Sequence record: OR776998
DNA from: Escherichia phage YX22
Reading direction: 5' to 3' (one strand)
Length of the DNA: 64,000 nt
A model generated the notes under the pieces. The model was not told where the DNA came from. It was given only the letters and a program-made list of their open reading frames with translations, and made no database searches. The translations under genes were made by a program, and so were the position numbers. Below are positions 45,892 through 55,454 of the stretch, piece after piece (the stretch's first letter is position 1; every line of letters starts with the position of its first letter).

Positions 45892-46772
45892 CATCTTTGA
45901 GGATATTCTCACGAGTATCTTGAAAGATGTGAGCGAAGTCTTGCCATCAGCCCTGATCCCTGGCAGGTGAAGGGCACACAAATCGAAGTGCCTTGACAAT
46001 TTATCTTAAACCCAAAGGTTGATCTACAAATTGGGCGGCCAATCCGGTGGACGATAACAGCATATTGGGCCATACTGTTGAGTCAGGGCACTTCGATTTG
46101 TGAACTTGAGAGAGCATTGGGTGAAATAGACCATGCCTTGCAGATTGCGATGCCTACACATTCCGGACACTGGTGGGCACCAAGAAGAACTCAGTAGCAG
46201 ACGAGCCATCAGGGTTAGCTACCCGGCGCGGCGAGGACTGGGAGGCCGAACTAAGGGGAAACCCGAGACAGGCGTAGTATTCTCAAGTTCACAAAATGAA
46301 GAGCATTTAAAGAGTTCGATTCTCTTTCAGGCCATTCGTGGTGTGATGTGAGTCATGAATGTTCTTCATCTTTGGGTGATTTTATGTTGCCGGGCTATCA
46401 ACCCATGCTTGCTGGAGCAACCAGCGGCTCTGAATCAACCAGCCAGCCTCGTTTGGTCCGAGCGTTAGAGGACAAGTTGCTTCTACATAGAAGCTGCGAG
46501 TTTTAACATTTGGTTGCAACTTTGATGGCTCTGGATTTTATAAACCATGTCTATGGGTGACGCGGGATCTTTAGTACCAGAGCTATCAAAGTTGTGTCCA
46601 ACCCGATCTTGCAAGCCCGTATCCCTGTATGGTTAAGACTTGCAAGTGGAAAGCCCTGGAAAAATAAACGCCTGTGGCGAGGCTATGGTGCAAGCCAAAG
46701 ACCCACAGAAGCGCATGCCGTGAGGCGCACAAACAGGCATGCATGAACTGATCATGCACAAACGGGATAAAG

Positions 46773-46801
46773 GGTTGACAGTCCTTGGTTGGTCACAATA
46801 A
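46773..46801 (+). promoter_or_regulatory. sigma70-like promoter for tRNA operon
   Basis: TTGACA, 16-nt spacer, AATAAT, ending a few nt before tRNA-Met. Confidence 0.45.
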
Positions 46802-46804
46802 TTT

Positions 46805-46878
46805 GGTCCTGTAGCTCAGTCGGTTAGAGCAGTGAACTCATAATTCATTGGTCGTTGGTTCAAATCCAACCAGGATCA
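46805..46878 (+). tRNA. tRNA-Met (anticodon CAU; initiator, elongator or Ile2-type not resolved)
   Basis: Cloverleaf read by hand: acceptor GGTCCTG/CAGGATC, D-arm GCTC..GAGC, anticodon loop CTCATAA, T-arm GTTGG-TTCAAAT-CCAAC, CCA encoded. Confidence 0.8.
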
Positions 46879-47134
46879 CCATGTTAAGGGGTGTGAAACA
46901 TAACACTCCGACAAACACAGTAAGCGTTGCAGCCAGCTGTGTATAAAATGGGGATGACTCCGCATCGGAAACGATGCCCCAACTTCCAGAAATGGTCGGG
47001 CGCAAAGCCTGTAAAGTTCCAGGAGATCGAACCAGAAGGCACTGGTCGCCAGTTAACCAATCGGCGCTGAGAAGCGCGGGGAGTTGGGCTACGGCAGATC
47101 AAATGCTCAATCGGGTGTGAAGCCCGTCCAAATT

Positions 47135-47220
47135 GGAAGGTTGCCCGAGAGGTTTAAGGGACTCGACTGCTAATCGAGTGGGGCTTTTAGCCCCCGAAGG
47201 TTCGAATCCTTCACCTTCCG
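47135..47220 (+). tRNA. tRNA-Ser (anticodon GCU)
   Basis: Acceptor GGAAGGT/ACCTTCC, anticodon stem CTCGA/TCGAG with loop CTGCTAA, long variable arm, T-arm GAAGG-TTCGAAT-CCTTC, CCA encoded. Confidence 0.8.
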
Positions 47221-47443
47221 CCAAATTACGGGCGTGACTTCCTGAAGAGTTAGAAGATGTGCATGTCGACTCTCTCTCGTAATCGGGGTGTTTAGGAAGT
47301 TAAGAAAATCGCGGCGAGGATAGTGAAATGCAAATAGCTTTCTCTACGTCGACGACTTCAGGTTCGACTCCTGACGCGCTCTCCCATAGGGTAGTACCAG
47401 TGCAAGCGTGTAGTCTTTCAACCCATCCCATCGATGTGGTGTA

Positions 47444-47476
47444 GCCGGATATCCTATCCGGCTTTCTTTTTATCCC
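47444..47476 (+). terminator. terminator closing the tRNA/RNA operon
   Basis: GCCGGATA..TATCCGGC stem then TTTCTTTTTAT. Confidence 0.6.
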
Positions 47477-47596
47477 TGTCTTATTATCTTCTTATCGACC
47501 CAAGCATGTTCTCCTTTATCGTAGTTTGTTCAATGATACAAAGGGGGTTTAAAATTTAACCGTTAACCCCCCTATCATAGATTTGAGGATACACTA

Positions 47597-48259
47597 ATGC
47601 GTAATGTTTCTATCTGGGAATTGAACGAAGTGATTTCCCATGACACCCCTCCAATTGTCAGACTCTTCCAATACAAGGGTGTCAAGCGCACTCTGAATGA
47701 GTTCCTGTCGCCTGTTTACGTCTACCGTGATGGCGGGTTCTTCCGCCGCGATAAAAACATCCCGAACCTTGGTATGACGTTTGATTTGAGTATCAAAGGC
47801 CAGGTTGTATTGATGGGTTATGGTAGCCTAGAACAATCTGAGAAAGGCCAGGGCGCTCCACTTATGGTCTTCGGTTCGTTTGAACAAGCCGTGCACTGGC
47901 TGATCAGAAACGGATATGATTTCTATGGCGAAGAAAGCGCCAATTGGCGTCGTCGCAAGGTCAAGTCTGTTAATCTGGTGGATTTGAATCTGATGTACCA
48001 GGCCATGGCTCGCGAGTACGAAAAGAATCTCGTCAAGCCTGTCGCCCAGGAGAACAATAACAATGTTGTTAACGACGCAACTGAGTCTTCTCATCATGAC
48101 GTGAACATCGTTCCAGCCTGTGAAACGAAAGCGCCGACACCGCCCACTCCTCCGGCCAGTCGTGTTCTGAATGATCAGGGCGCTCCGGTAAAACAAAAGG
48201 TCAAGAAGCCGACTTTCATGGAAAACATGATGAAGTTCCTTCGTCTGTTCAAGAAATAA
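47597..48259 (+). CDS. hypothetical protein
   Basis: 220 aa, GAGGA SD; follows tRNA operon terminator. Confidence 0.6.
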   Translation: MRNVSIWELNEVISHDTPPIVRLFQYKGVKRTLNEFLSPVYVYRDGGFFRRDKNIPNLGMTFDLSIKGQVVLMGYGSLEQSEKGQGAPLMVFGSFEQAVHWLIRNGYDFYGEESANWRRRKVKSVNLVDLNLMYQAMAREYEKNLVKPVAQENNNNVVNDATESSHHDVNIVPACETKAPTPPTPPASRVLNDQGAPVKQKVKKPTFMENMMKFLRLFKK

Positions 48260-48328
48260 GCCGAGATTCTCCTTTTCTATATTCCTGTAGATACGCTATG
48301 ATAAGCCAATGTCTACAGGAGAAATAGA

Positions 48329-49522
48329 ATGAACAAGACCATCTTCGATATCCTTTCCCTCGACCGCAACCTGGTCCATTGGGAAGATTATCTCTACAAG
48401 CACACCCCGTGCGAACTTGTCGTCAACCCAGAAACCAACCAGCAGGTCTGGTTCAAGCGTGAAGATTATTTTGCGCCGCTGTCTAACTATGCCAACGCCA
48501 AGCAGGGCATCAATGGCAGCAAACTCCGCCAGGCCATCTGGTTGATGGTTGAGCACCTCAAGGCCGGAGGCTCCCCTGACATCATCCATGGTACTGTCGT
48601 TGGTAGTCCGCAGTCCCCTATGGCGACGGCAGTCTCTCGGCACTTCGGCGGCAAGACAACCACTGTACTCGGAGCGACCAAACCCACCACCTGTATGAAC
48701 CACGACATGGTGGCAATGTCAGCCTGGTTTGGTAGTGAGTTCAACTTCGTCGGCTCGGGTTACAACAGCACGATCCAGCCGCGCTGTAAGAAGTTGATCG
48801 AACAACAGAATCCAAAGGCGTATTATCTGGAATATGGTATCACCCTCGACCATACAGCGCATTCTCCTGAGCGCATCGCTGGCTTCCATATGCTGGGTGG
48901 CGAGCAGGTTGCCAACATCCCTGACCATATTACCGATCTGATTATCCCAGCCGGATCGTGCAACTCTTGCACAAGTATCCTGACCGGGCTGGCAATGCAT
49001 CCGAAGCCTAATCTGAAGCGTGTGTATCTGATTGGCATCGGTCCGAACCGCCTGGACTTTATCGAGAGCCGTCTGCGCATCATCGGCAAACATGCCAATC
49101 TGCCGCACATTGTCGACTTCACCCGTCGCTATCACGACAACCCAGACTATGTACACGGCAAGAAGGAGCTTCAGCATGCCTCTAAGAGCGTTTCGCTGGC
49201 TGGCCTCCTGAGTGGTATCAGACATAAGGAAGAGCCAGAGGTCGTGCTTCCTCGCTTTGAGGTACACCATTGGGATCTTCATACCACTAATTGGGTTCGT
49301 TACAATGACCTGATGGAATATCAGTGGGGTGATATTGAGTTGCACCCTCGCTATGAAGGCAAGGTCATGACCTGGATCCAGCAGAACAAGCCAGAGGTGC
49401 TCAATGAGAACACTCTGTTCTGGATTGTGGGTAGCAAGCCATACATCGATCCGATGAAGGCAGCATGCCCTGAGCTGGCTATCCCTGAAACAGTTCCTGT
49501 AAACGAATTCACCCCTTCCTGA
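48329..49522 (+). CDS. PLP-dependent fold-type II enzyme (ACC deaminase/D-cysteine desulfhydrase-like); DNA-modification candidate
   Basis: HTP, KREDY and GSKLRQ resemble AcdS-family KRED..GGNKTRKLE lysine motif. Confidence 0.55.
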   Translation: MNKTIFDILSLDRNLVHWEDYLYKHTPCELVVNPETNQQVWFKREDYFAPLSNYANAKQGINGSKLRQAIWLMVEHLKAGGSPDIIHGTVVGSPQSPMATAVSRHFGGKTTTVLGATKPTTCMNHDMVAMSAWFGSEFNFVGSGYNSTIQPRCKKLIEQQNPKAYYLEYGITLDHTAHSPERIAGFHMLGGEQVANIPDHITDLIIPAGSCNSCTSILTGLAMHPKPNLKRVYLIGIGPNRLDFIESRLRIIGKHANLPHIVDFTRRYHDNPDYVHGKKELQHASKSVSLAGLLSGIRHKEEPEVVLPRFEVHHWDLHTTNWVRYNDLMEYQWGDIELHPRYEGKVMTWIQQNKPEVLNENTLFWIVGSKPYIDPMKAACPELAIPETVPVNEFTPS

Positions 49523-49657
49523 CCCTCCTGAACACCCCATACAATCCGTGTGGGGTATCTATGAAAACCTTCCTCCAATATTTCCGAGAGGCGTCCTGTA
49601 CAAACCAGACCTGGCACCTAAATACCCCCATATGGCTAACCCACTGAGGAACCCAAC

Positions 49658-50116
49658 ATGCCAACCTCCAAATTGTTTGAATCAGAATACACCAATGACA
49701 TCCCTGTATGGACTGGTGTTCAAGACGGTATCACGATTGAGCTGTTTGATCGTGAAGAGACAGGCGCGGAAGAGATCTATGCAGGCGTTGAAGGCACTGA
49801 TGTTGTCCGCGCCGCCGTAGCACTTGCCACCTTCCTGGAAGATGCACCGATTGATGGCGTGCCGTTCGAGGCGCACGTAGATCCTAAGGATCCGACCTCT
49901 ATCATCATTACAGTGAATGGGGTGCCATACACTTCGTACAGCATCGAGACGGACGAAGAGGGCAGCGGAGCGCTGTATATTGCCACCGACCTGCAGCTGG
50001 AAGACGATGAGATGGATTATCTGATTCAGAACGGGGTGCTGCCACCGTTTACCGATGAAGAACTGGACACGGAACTGGCTGCTGTCGGGGACGACGAAGA
50101 CTTCTGGGAAGAATAA
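49658..50116 (+). CDS. highly acidic protein (about 39 Asp/Glu vs 5 Lys/Arg/His); DNA-mimic or inhibitor candidate
   Basis: 152 aa, GAGGAA SD, acidic C-terminal tail DDEDFWEE. Confidence 0.6.
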   Translation: MPTSKLFESEYTNDIPVWTGVQDGITIELFDREETGAEEIYAGVEGTDVVRAAVALATFLEDAPIDGVPFEAHVDPKDPTSIIITVNGVPYTSYSIETDEEGSGALYIATDLQLEDDEMDYLIQNGVLPPFTDEELDTELAAVGDDEDFWEE

Positions 50117-50141
50117 GAAAAGGGGCGTTAAGCCCCTTTCT

Positions 50142-50693
50142 TCATTTCACCTTGCGAGTTGGATATTGGTTAAAGAGTTTGCCCAGCTTAGACACGTTGA
50201 TGATCGTCTGGGTCTTCCAGCGCTGGATCCCTTCCGGGGTAGTCACGGTCAGGATTGAATGCCCCCAAATGTGAGAACCGTCCAGCACAGCCGCGCTGTG
50301 GCTACCAATCTTGTCTTCCAGTTTGCAAATGAAAGATTCATACTGATGGGCAGCGTTGCAACGGGCTTCTTTGATGAACAGACGCTGGCGCTCTGGATCA
50401 GACTTGACGATGTTAGGCGCACCCACTTGATAAGAGCGGTTCGGCGGGTTATTGTCGGCGGTCAGGCTCATATACAAAGACTGCTTTGCCTTCATGTGTT
50501 GGTAATCGTGGTGATCCATTCTGATGCCAACAGTTGATGGCCAAGGAGCGCACTTCTGAATATCCCAGCCGTTGGCGGCTAGATCGTCCATCACGTTCTT
50601 GATGATTTTGTTCGCGTACTGCTCGGCAGCTTCTTCGGCTTGCGACAACAGAGGCTCAACAGCGATACGGACAGCAGTTTTTGGTATTGTCAT
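50142..50693 (-). CDS. hypothetical protein
   Basis: 184 aa from ATG 50693 with GAAGGG SD; hairpin upstream. Confidence 0.5.
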   Translation of the reverse strand: MTIPKTAVRIAVEPLLSQAEEAAEQYANKIIKNVMDDLAANGWDIQKCAPWPSTVGIRMDHHDYQHMKAKQSLYMSLTADNNPPNRSYQVGAPNIVKSDPERQRLFIKEARCNAAHQYESFICKLEDKIGSHSAAVLDGSHIWGHSILTVTTPEGIQRWKTQTIINVSKLGKLFNQYPTRKVK

Positions 50694-50739
50694 GATATAG
50701 CCCTTCAGTTCAAAGTAAGCCCCCGGAGGGGCTTTGTAA

Positions 50740-51048
50740 TTAGACAAAGATGAATTTAGAATCTTTGAATGTCAAGCGGGAGCAAACTTCTTCAACCGCG
50801 TCAACCACCATAAAATCGTTGAATGCTTTGTGTAGGGCTTTCAGGAAGGAAGCCGGAACCAGCCCACACGCTGGGTTGTCAAACAAAGCCGAAGAGACGA
50901 CAGAGTTGAAAGTTGAGTCTGGAGTACAAGACTGGGCAATCATAAGCGCTTCTGCGTTTCTCACTGCGTGGAACTTAAAGGTAGCAACAACGGTTTCTTT
51001 GTTATATTTAGCCAGTTGTGCTTCAAATTGTTCTTTTGTGATTGCCAT
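50740..51048 (-). CDS. hypothetical protein
   Basis: 102 aa from ATG 51048 with AGAAGGAAA SD; early-type promoter upstream. Confidence 0.5.
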   Translation of the reverse strand: MAITKEQFEAQLAKYNKETVVATFKFHAVRNAEALMIAQSCTPDSTFNSVVSSALFDNPACGLVPASFLKALHKAFNDFMVVDAVEEVCSRLTFKDSKFIFV

Positions 51049-51097
51049 GATGTATTTCCTTCTCTTCAGATTGTTGTTTGTTCGTACTACAATTAGA

Positions 51098-51126
51098 AGT
51101 ATACGCCAGTTATTGAAGAAGTAAAC
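51098..51126 (-). promoter_or_regulatory. T4-early-like promoter (GTTTAC -35, 17 nt, TATACT -10)
   Basis: Minus strand GTTTAC TTCTTCAATAACTGGCG TATACT; spacer contains the TTCAATAA box. Confidence 0.4.
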
Positions 51127-51143
51127 TTTATTCAATAAATATT

Positions 51144-51356
51144 TTAATAAATTTTGAACTCTGCTCCTTTATACACAGCCGACCCTCGTTCTATGAGACC
51201 GTCAGGGACAATTACCTTTGTTGGCCAACCACCATCTGGAGCCTTAACAGTCAGGCGCGTCTTATGATCGCCCAGCTGTGTTTGTTCATATATCCTTCCG
51301 CGCACTATCGTCGCCCCGCCTTGGGTGACGAGCAATCTCTTGTTTACCACATTCAT
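51144..51356 (-). CDS. hypothetical small protein
   Basis: 70 aa, TAGGGA SD, follows terminator. Confidence 0.5.
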   Translation of the reverse strand: MNVVNKRLLVTQGGATIVRGRIYEQTQLGDHKTRLTVKAPDGGWPTKVIVPDGLIERGSAVYKGAEFKIY

Positions 51357-51370
51357 TCCCTAAACACCAA

Positions 51371-51396
51371 AAGAAAGGGGAGTTTCCTCCCCTTGA
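51371..51396 (-). terminator. terminator after membrane protein gene
   Basis: Minus strand GGGGAG-GAAA-CTCCCC then TTTCTTTTGG. Confidence 0.6.
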
Positions 51397-51398
51397 AC

Positions 51399-51971
51399 TT
51401 ATTTCTTCAGATCAGGCCACGCACCAGAGGTCGCAGTAGACCCAGCTGGGGGAGCAGACTCAAGATCGGGAGAACCCGACTGAGTAACAACAGTGGGATC
51501 TTTCTGTACGACCCGAACCCCAAATTGCTTGAGAGCATCCATAGCTTGGGCTTTTCGCCTGTTGCTTTTGTAGTGGTTGTAGCCTTTGATACCGAATGAT
51601 GCACTAATTGCTGTCAATAACGAATAGGTATACCATTCAGGTGCGGTATCTAGTGCCTGAAGGCCACCGATTACTGCTTTGATGAAATCCCCTTTATGAT
51701 ACTCACCAGGGAACAGAATCAGTTCCACAACCGGAGCAGTCATGACGAGGATGGCGGGTATGGCCAACACGATAGTCCAGAATTCGTCTTTCCAAGACCC
51801 GCCGACTTCGGTAATCTTAGACAGCTCCCAATCTGAGGAGGACTTGATGGCCTCCAGCTTGACGTCGTGTTTGGCCTGTACAACTTCCCGCTTATATTGG
51901 ATCAAATCAGTCCCGAGGTTCCAGAGTTGCTTGAGCACCCCTGGGATCATACCAACGAGGGGGATTGCCAT
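51399..51971 (-). CDS. membrane protein
   Basis: 190 aa from ATG 51971 (AAGGAG SD); two hydrophobic segments. Confidence 0.5.
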   Translation of the reverse strand: MAIPLVGMIPGVLKQLWNLGTDLIQYKREVVQAKHDVKLEAIKSSSDWELSKITEVGGSWKDEFWTIVLAIPAILVMTAPVVELILFPGEYHKGDFIKAVIGGLQALDTAPEWYTYSLLTAISASFGIKGYNHYKSNRRKAQAMDALKQFGVRVVQKDPTVVTQSGSPDLESAPPAGSTATSGAWPDLKK

Positions 51972-52050
51972 AATAAACTCCTTGGTCAATGAATGGCTCT
52001 ATGGTTAAATATGCCCACGTGCTAACGGCACGGATAACCTGGAGAATTAC

Positions 52051-55050
52051 ATGACCGTTTTCTATACGAACGTTGCCCGCAGGGGCAATGACCTGTTGAT
52101 TCGAATTGCAGATGACATGGGTAATCGCCGTCTGTTGAAAAAGAAATTCGAACCCACTCTCTATTTACCCACGGCTGACTATTCAAATGTTGAAAAGGTC
52201 GGCCTTCTCAATGAACCCCTGGTAGCCAAGCAGTTCCCTTCCATGCGTGACGCTGATAACTATCTTGAAGAGTACAAGGAAGTCCAGGGTGCTGCCATTT
52301 ACGGGCAGACCGATTATGCATACCAGTTCATTGCCCATAGCTTTCCTGGAAAGATTGAGCCGGATTATTCCAACATCCATATTGCTAACCTCGATATCGA
52401 AGTGTTCTCCGCCGGGTGGAAAGATGGAAAGATGACCAAAGGTCCATTCCCTCACCCAACCATTGAGCAGCAGACGTTCAAAGGAAATGAGGCGCGCATT
52501 CGCCGCTTCCATAAACAAGTGCTGGCCAACCATGACTTCATCCGTGAGCACTTCCCTGGTTCTTTCATCAGCAACAACGTCACTGATCAGTTCCCTATCA
52601 TTGACAGCAACGGCAAGATCACCCAAGACATGAATGCGGCGTTCCCTATCACGCTTATCCAGCTTCAGGACATGGCGACCAATAAGTTCATGGTGTGGGG
52701 TATGCCGTGCGCGAAGGATCGTGCGAAGTTCAGATACGATCCAGAAGACGCGGAGATCGGTGGACTTGAGGTTGTCTATCAGGAGTTCACTACTGAACAA
52801 GATCTGCTGCGCTCTTTCCTGGACTTCTGGTCGGAGCGTCAGTTTGATGGCTGGACAGGCTGGAACATTGAAACGTTCGATAGCCCGTATCTTGTTGAGC
52901 GCATGAATCAGGTTCTGGGTGAGGCTGAAACGTCGCGCCTCAGTCCTTGGGGTATCATTAAGAAGCGTATCATTCGCGATAAGAAGGGCGATATCACGAC
53001 GTATCAGTTCGTGGGTTGCCCTATGCTCGATTATATGCAGATCTACAAGAAACACACGTACACCACCCGTGAACGCTACTCTCTTGACTGGATTGCGTAT
53101 TGTGAGCTGGGTGAGAAGAAGATGGACTACAGTGAGAGCAAGTCACTCTTTGATCTGTACTTCAACGACTACTGCAAACACACCCGATATGGTATCAAAG
53201 ACGTTAAGCTGGTATGGCGACTTGAACAGAAGCTGCGCCTGCTCCAGCTGATGTTCGTCCTGGCCTACCGCACCAAGTCCAACTATGAAGACGGTCTGGG
53301 CACTGTGGCTCCGTGGCTGGCCATGTGCTACTATCGTCTGTATGAGAAGGGGATAGTGCCTAAGATCCAGCGTGTATACGATGGTCCGACCGACTTTGAG
53401 GGTGCATACGTCATGGATGTGACACCAGGAATCTACTTCTGGGTCTTCTCGGAAGATTTGAACTCCCTGTATCCTCACATCATTCAGCAGTACAACCTCG
53501 GTCCAGAGACTATCGTTGGCGACAAACACCAGCGCCGTGAGATTATTGAGGCTATGTGTGAAGAGCTGGCTGCTCAGATGAATAACATGGCAACGCCGAT
53601 GCACAAACGTCGGTTGATGAAAGCCCTTCACGACAAGCTGTTGCGTGCGGTTGACGAACGCCTGCAGGTTGTTGATGAGTTGGTTGCCCTGGGTGAGTTC
53701 CACTTTGAAACCCTGCGCCGTTACAACGTGTCGTTCACGCCGAACGTTCAATTCTTCAGCAACGAGAAGATGTCGTTCCTGTCTGAAATCATGCGCGGTA
53801 TCTACAGCGACCGTAAAGTAGAGAAGGCCAAGGGTCTGAAGTATGAGCAGTGGGCTGGCTGGTGTAAAGAGATGTCGAAGGGTGACTTCCATCTTGAGTC
53901 TGCCATGAAGTCTCGCTACTATGACCCAGAGTGGTATGAAGAGCACAAGAACATTGATCTTGATGCCCTGACCGAAGTGATGAAGAAGTGGGAAGACCTG
54001 GGCGTCGCTCAAGATACCCTACAGCAAGGTCTGAAGATCTTGATGAACGCAGGTTATGGCGCTATCTCGAACGTCTGGTTCAAAGAGTACTTCAACCTCA
54101 ACATTGCCGAAGCCATCACCACATCCGGTCAGCTGATCAACAAGTGGAATAAGCGTTACACTGATGACTATCTGAACAAGCTGTGTGGTACAACAGGCCA
54201 GGACTTCGTCATCGCAGGGGATACCGACTCCAACTACATCTGCATTGAGCGTCTTGTCAAGCAGTTGTGGCCTGATGTTACTGACCATCATGCTATGGTT
54301 GATAATATCGACCAATGGATCAAAGACAACTACCAGCCGAAGACCAATGAGTGGGCACAGCTTCTGTGTAACACCATGAACGGATTTGAACAGCGCATGG
54401 TGTGGGAGCGTGAGGTCATTGCGTCAGCCGCTGTCTGGCGAGCCAAGAAGATGTATGCCATGGCCGTGTACGACAGTGAGGGTATCAAGTACGAGAAGCC
54501 GAAGATCAAGTTCAAAGGTCTGGAAGCCCGCAAGTCCACCACGCCGGAATGGTGTCGTGAACGCCTTGTCAAGTGCTATGAGAAGATCCTACTCGGCACC
54601 GAAGAGGAAGTACAGACGCTCATCTCCCAGTACAAAGAGGAGTACATGAAACTCTCTGTAGACGATATCGCCAAGGCTTCCGGCGTGTCCGACATAGAGA
54701 AGTGTGTGGCTGCTGACGGATCGTTCATCTCTGGTGCTCATTTTGCTGCAAAGGCTTGTGTGGGTTACAACCGTCTGGTTGAGAAGAACGAAGATCTGGG
54801 TCTACCGATGATCGAGTCGGGTGATAAGGTACAGATGGTGTTGTTGAAGCCAGGCAACCCATTCGGCCAGAATTACTTTGCATATCCTGAGTTCTTCCCC
54901 GAGGAGCTTGGTCTGGGTAAATGGGTGGATTATCAGGCGGCCTTTGAGAAGTCCTTCATTGATCCGATTCAGTCTATCCTCGACGTGGTCGGCTGGTCAC
55001 ACAAGCGCCGTGTGAACCTTCTTGCCATGATGCAAAAGAAGAAAGGTTGA
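52051..55050 (+). CDS. gp43: family B DNA polymerase, T4 gp43-like
   Basis: N-terminus MTVFYTNVARRGNDLL.. matches T4 MKEFYISIETVGNNIV..; SYSLDWIAYCELGEKK, VAGDTDS and KKMYA motifs; GGAGAA SD. Confidence 0.9.
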   Translation: MTVFYTNVARRGNDLLIRIADDMGNRRLLKKKFEPTLYLPTADYSNVEKVGLLNEPLVAKQFPSMRDADNYLEEYKEVQGAAIYGQTDYAYQFIAHSFPGKIEPDYSNIHIANLDIEVFSAGWKDGKMTKGPFPHPTIEQQTFKGNEARIRRFHKQVLANHDFIREHFPGSFISNNVTDQFPIIDSNGKITQDMNAAFPITLIQLQDMATNKFMVWGMPCAKDRAKFRYDPEDAEIGGLEVVYQEFTTEQDLLRSFLDFWSERQFDGWTGWNIETFDSPYLVERMNQVLGEAETSRLSPWGIIKKRIIRDKKGDITTYQFVGCPMLDYMQIYKKHTYTTRERYSLDWIAYCELGEKKMDYSESKSLFDLYFNDYCKHTRYGIKDVKLVWRLEQKLRLLQLMFVLAYRTKSNYEDGLGTVAPWLAMCYYRLYEKGIVPKIQRVYDGPTDFEGAYVMDVTPGIYFWVFSEDLNSLYPHIIQQYNLGPETIVGDKHQRREIIEAMCEELAAQMNNMATPMHKRRLMKALHDKLLRAVDERLQVVDELVALGEFHFETLRRYNVSFTPNVQFFSNEKMSFLSEIMRGIYSDRKVEKAKGLKYEQWAGWCKEMSKGDFHLESAMKSRYYDPEWYEEHKNIDLDALTEVMKKWEDLGVAQDTLQQGLKILMNAGYGAISNVWFKEYFNLNIAEAITTSGQLINKWNKRYTDDYLNKLCGTTGQDFVIAGDTDSNYICIERLVKQLWPDVTDHHAMVDNIDQWIKDNYQPKTNEWAQLLCNTMNGFEQRMVWEREVIASAAVWRAKKMYAMAVYDSEGIKYEKPKIKFKGLEARKSTTPEWCRERLVKCYEKILLGTEEEVQTLISQYKEEYMKLSVDDIAKASGVSDIEKCVAADGSFISGAHFAAKACVGYNRLVEKNEDLGLPMIESGDKVQMVLLKPGNPFGQNYFAYPEFFPEELGLGKWVDYQAAFEKSFIDPIQSILDVVGWSHKRRVNLLAMMQKKKG

Positions 55051-55082
55051 TTCAATAAACCAAAGGGGGATATAATTCCCCC
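55051..55082 (+). promoter_or_regulatory. box-type promoter P2 with -10 hexamer in hairpin loop
   Basis: TTCAATAA ACCAAAGGGGGA TATAAT TCCCCC directly after polymerase stop. Confidence 0.45.
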
Positions 55083-55112
55083 TGTTAACCCTTTGACAAA
55101 CAGGTGATTGAA

Positions 55113-55454
55113 ATGAAACTCAATAAGATTCTTCTGGTGTGCGCTCTGGCTTTCTCTACCACTGCGTGCTCCACCCTTCTGGACGTTGCGTCTACTGTAG
55201 ACCTTGACGCGCCGACGTTCACCAATGAGCAGGCTGTGTCCAAGATGGAAGACACCATCAAGGCGCATGCGGCGTTGGATAACGCCACCCCAGGTCCGCT
55301 CCAAACTGTCTGCAACTATGACGATTCCATCCAGGAAGACGAAACTTACCACTGCATCACCTACGTGAAGCAGGCCTCCGTCGTTCTGTATGCAGATTGT
55401 ACCGAAGAACAGTGTGTTGCTACAGGCTACGATAAAGTTGAGGAAGACAAATGA
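55113..55454 (+). CDS. small secreted or lipoprotein
   Basis: Signal peptide MKLNKILLVCALAFSTTAC; start at ATG 55113 with AGGTGA SD (track start 55104 is GTG). Confidence 0.5.
   Translation: MKLNKILLVCALAFSTTACSTLLDVASTVDLDAPTFTNEQAVSKMEDTIKAHAALDNATPGPLQTVCNYDDSIQEDETYHCITYVKQASVVLYADCTEEQCVATGYDKVEEDK

Noticed and set aside
46310-46334. T-arm-like AAGAG-TTCGATT-CTCTT followed by TCAGGCC
   Set aside because: No complementary 5' acceptor strand within tRNA distance; not called as a tRNA.
44996-47102. Short ORFs in the RNA region (44996..45235, 46024..46209, 46133..46351, 46884..47102)
   Set aside because: Overlap tRNA or structured-RNA sequence, lack SDs, some start with TTG; likely non-coding.
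47358-47386. T-arm-like TCAGG-TTCGACT-CCTGA followed by CGCGCTCTCCCA
   Set aside because: No complementary 5' acceptor strand found by eye; left as part of the structured-RNA finding.
48296-49540. Minus-strand ORFs 48296..48703, 48487..48744, 48719..49540 opposite the PLP-enzyme gene
   Set aside because: Antisense to a gene with a clear PLP-lysine motif and SD; no translation signals.
52183-54649. Several ORFs on both strands inside the DNA polymerase gene (for example 52183..53055, 53143..54012)
   Set aside because: Fully nested in a gene with strong family-B polymerase homology; compositionally odd; likely chance frames.
52051-55050. Possible intein or intron in the DNA polymerase (999 aa vs about 900 in T4)
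   Set aside because: The ORF is continuous and no Cys..His-Asn-bounded insert was spotted; the extra length may be distributed insertions. Not verified.
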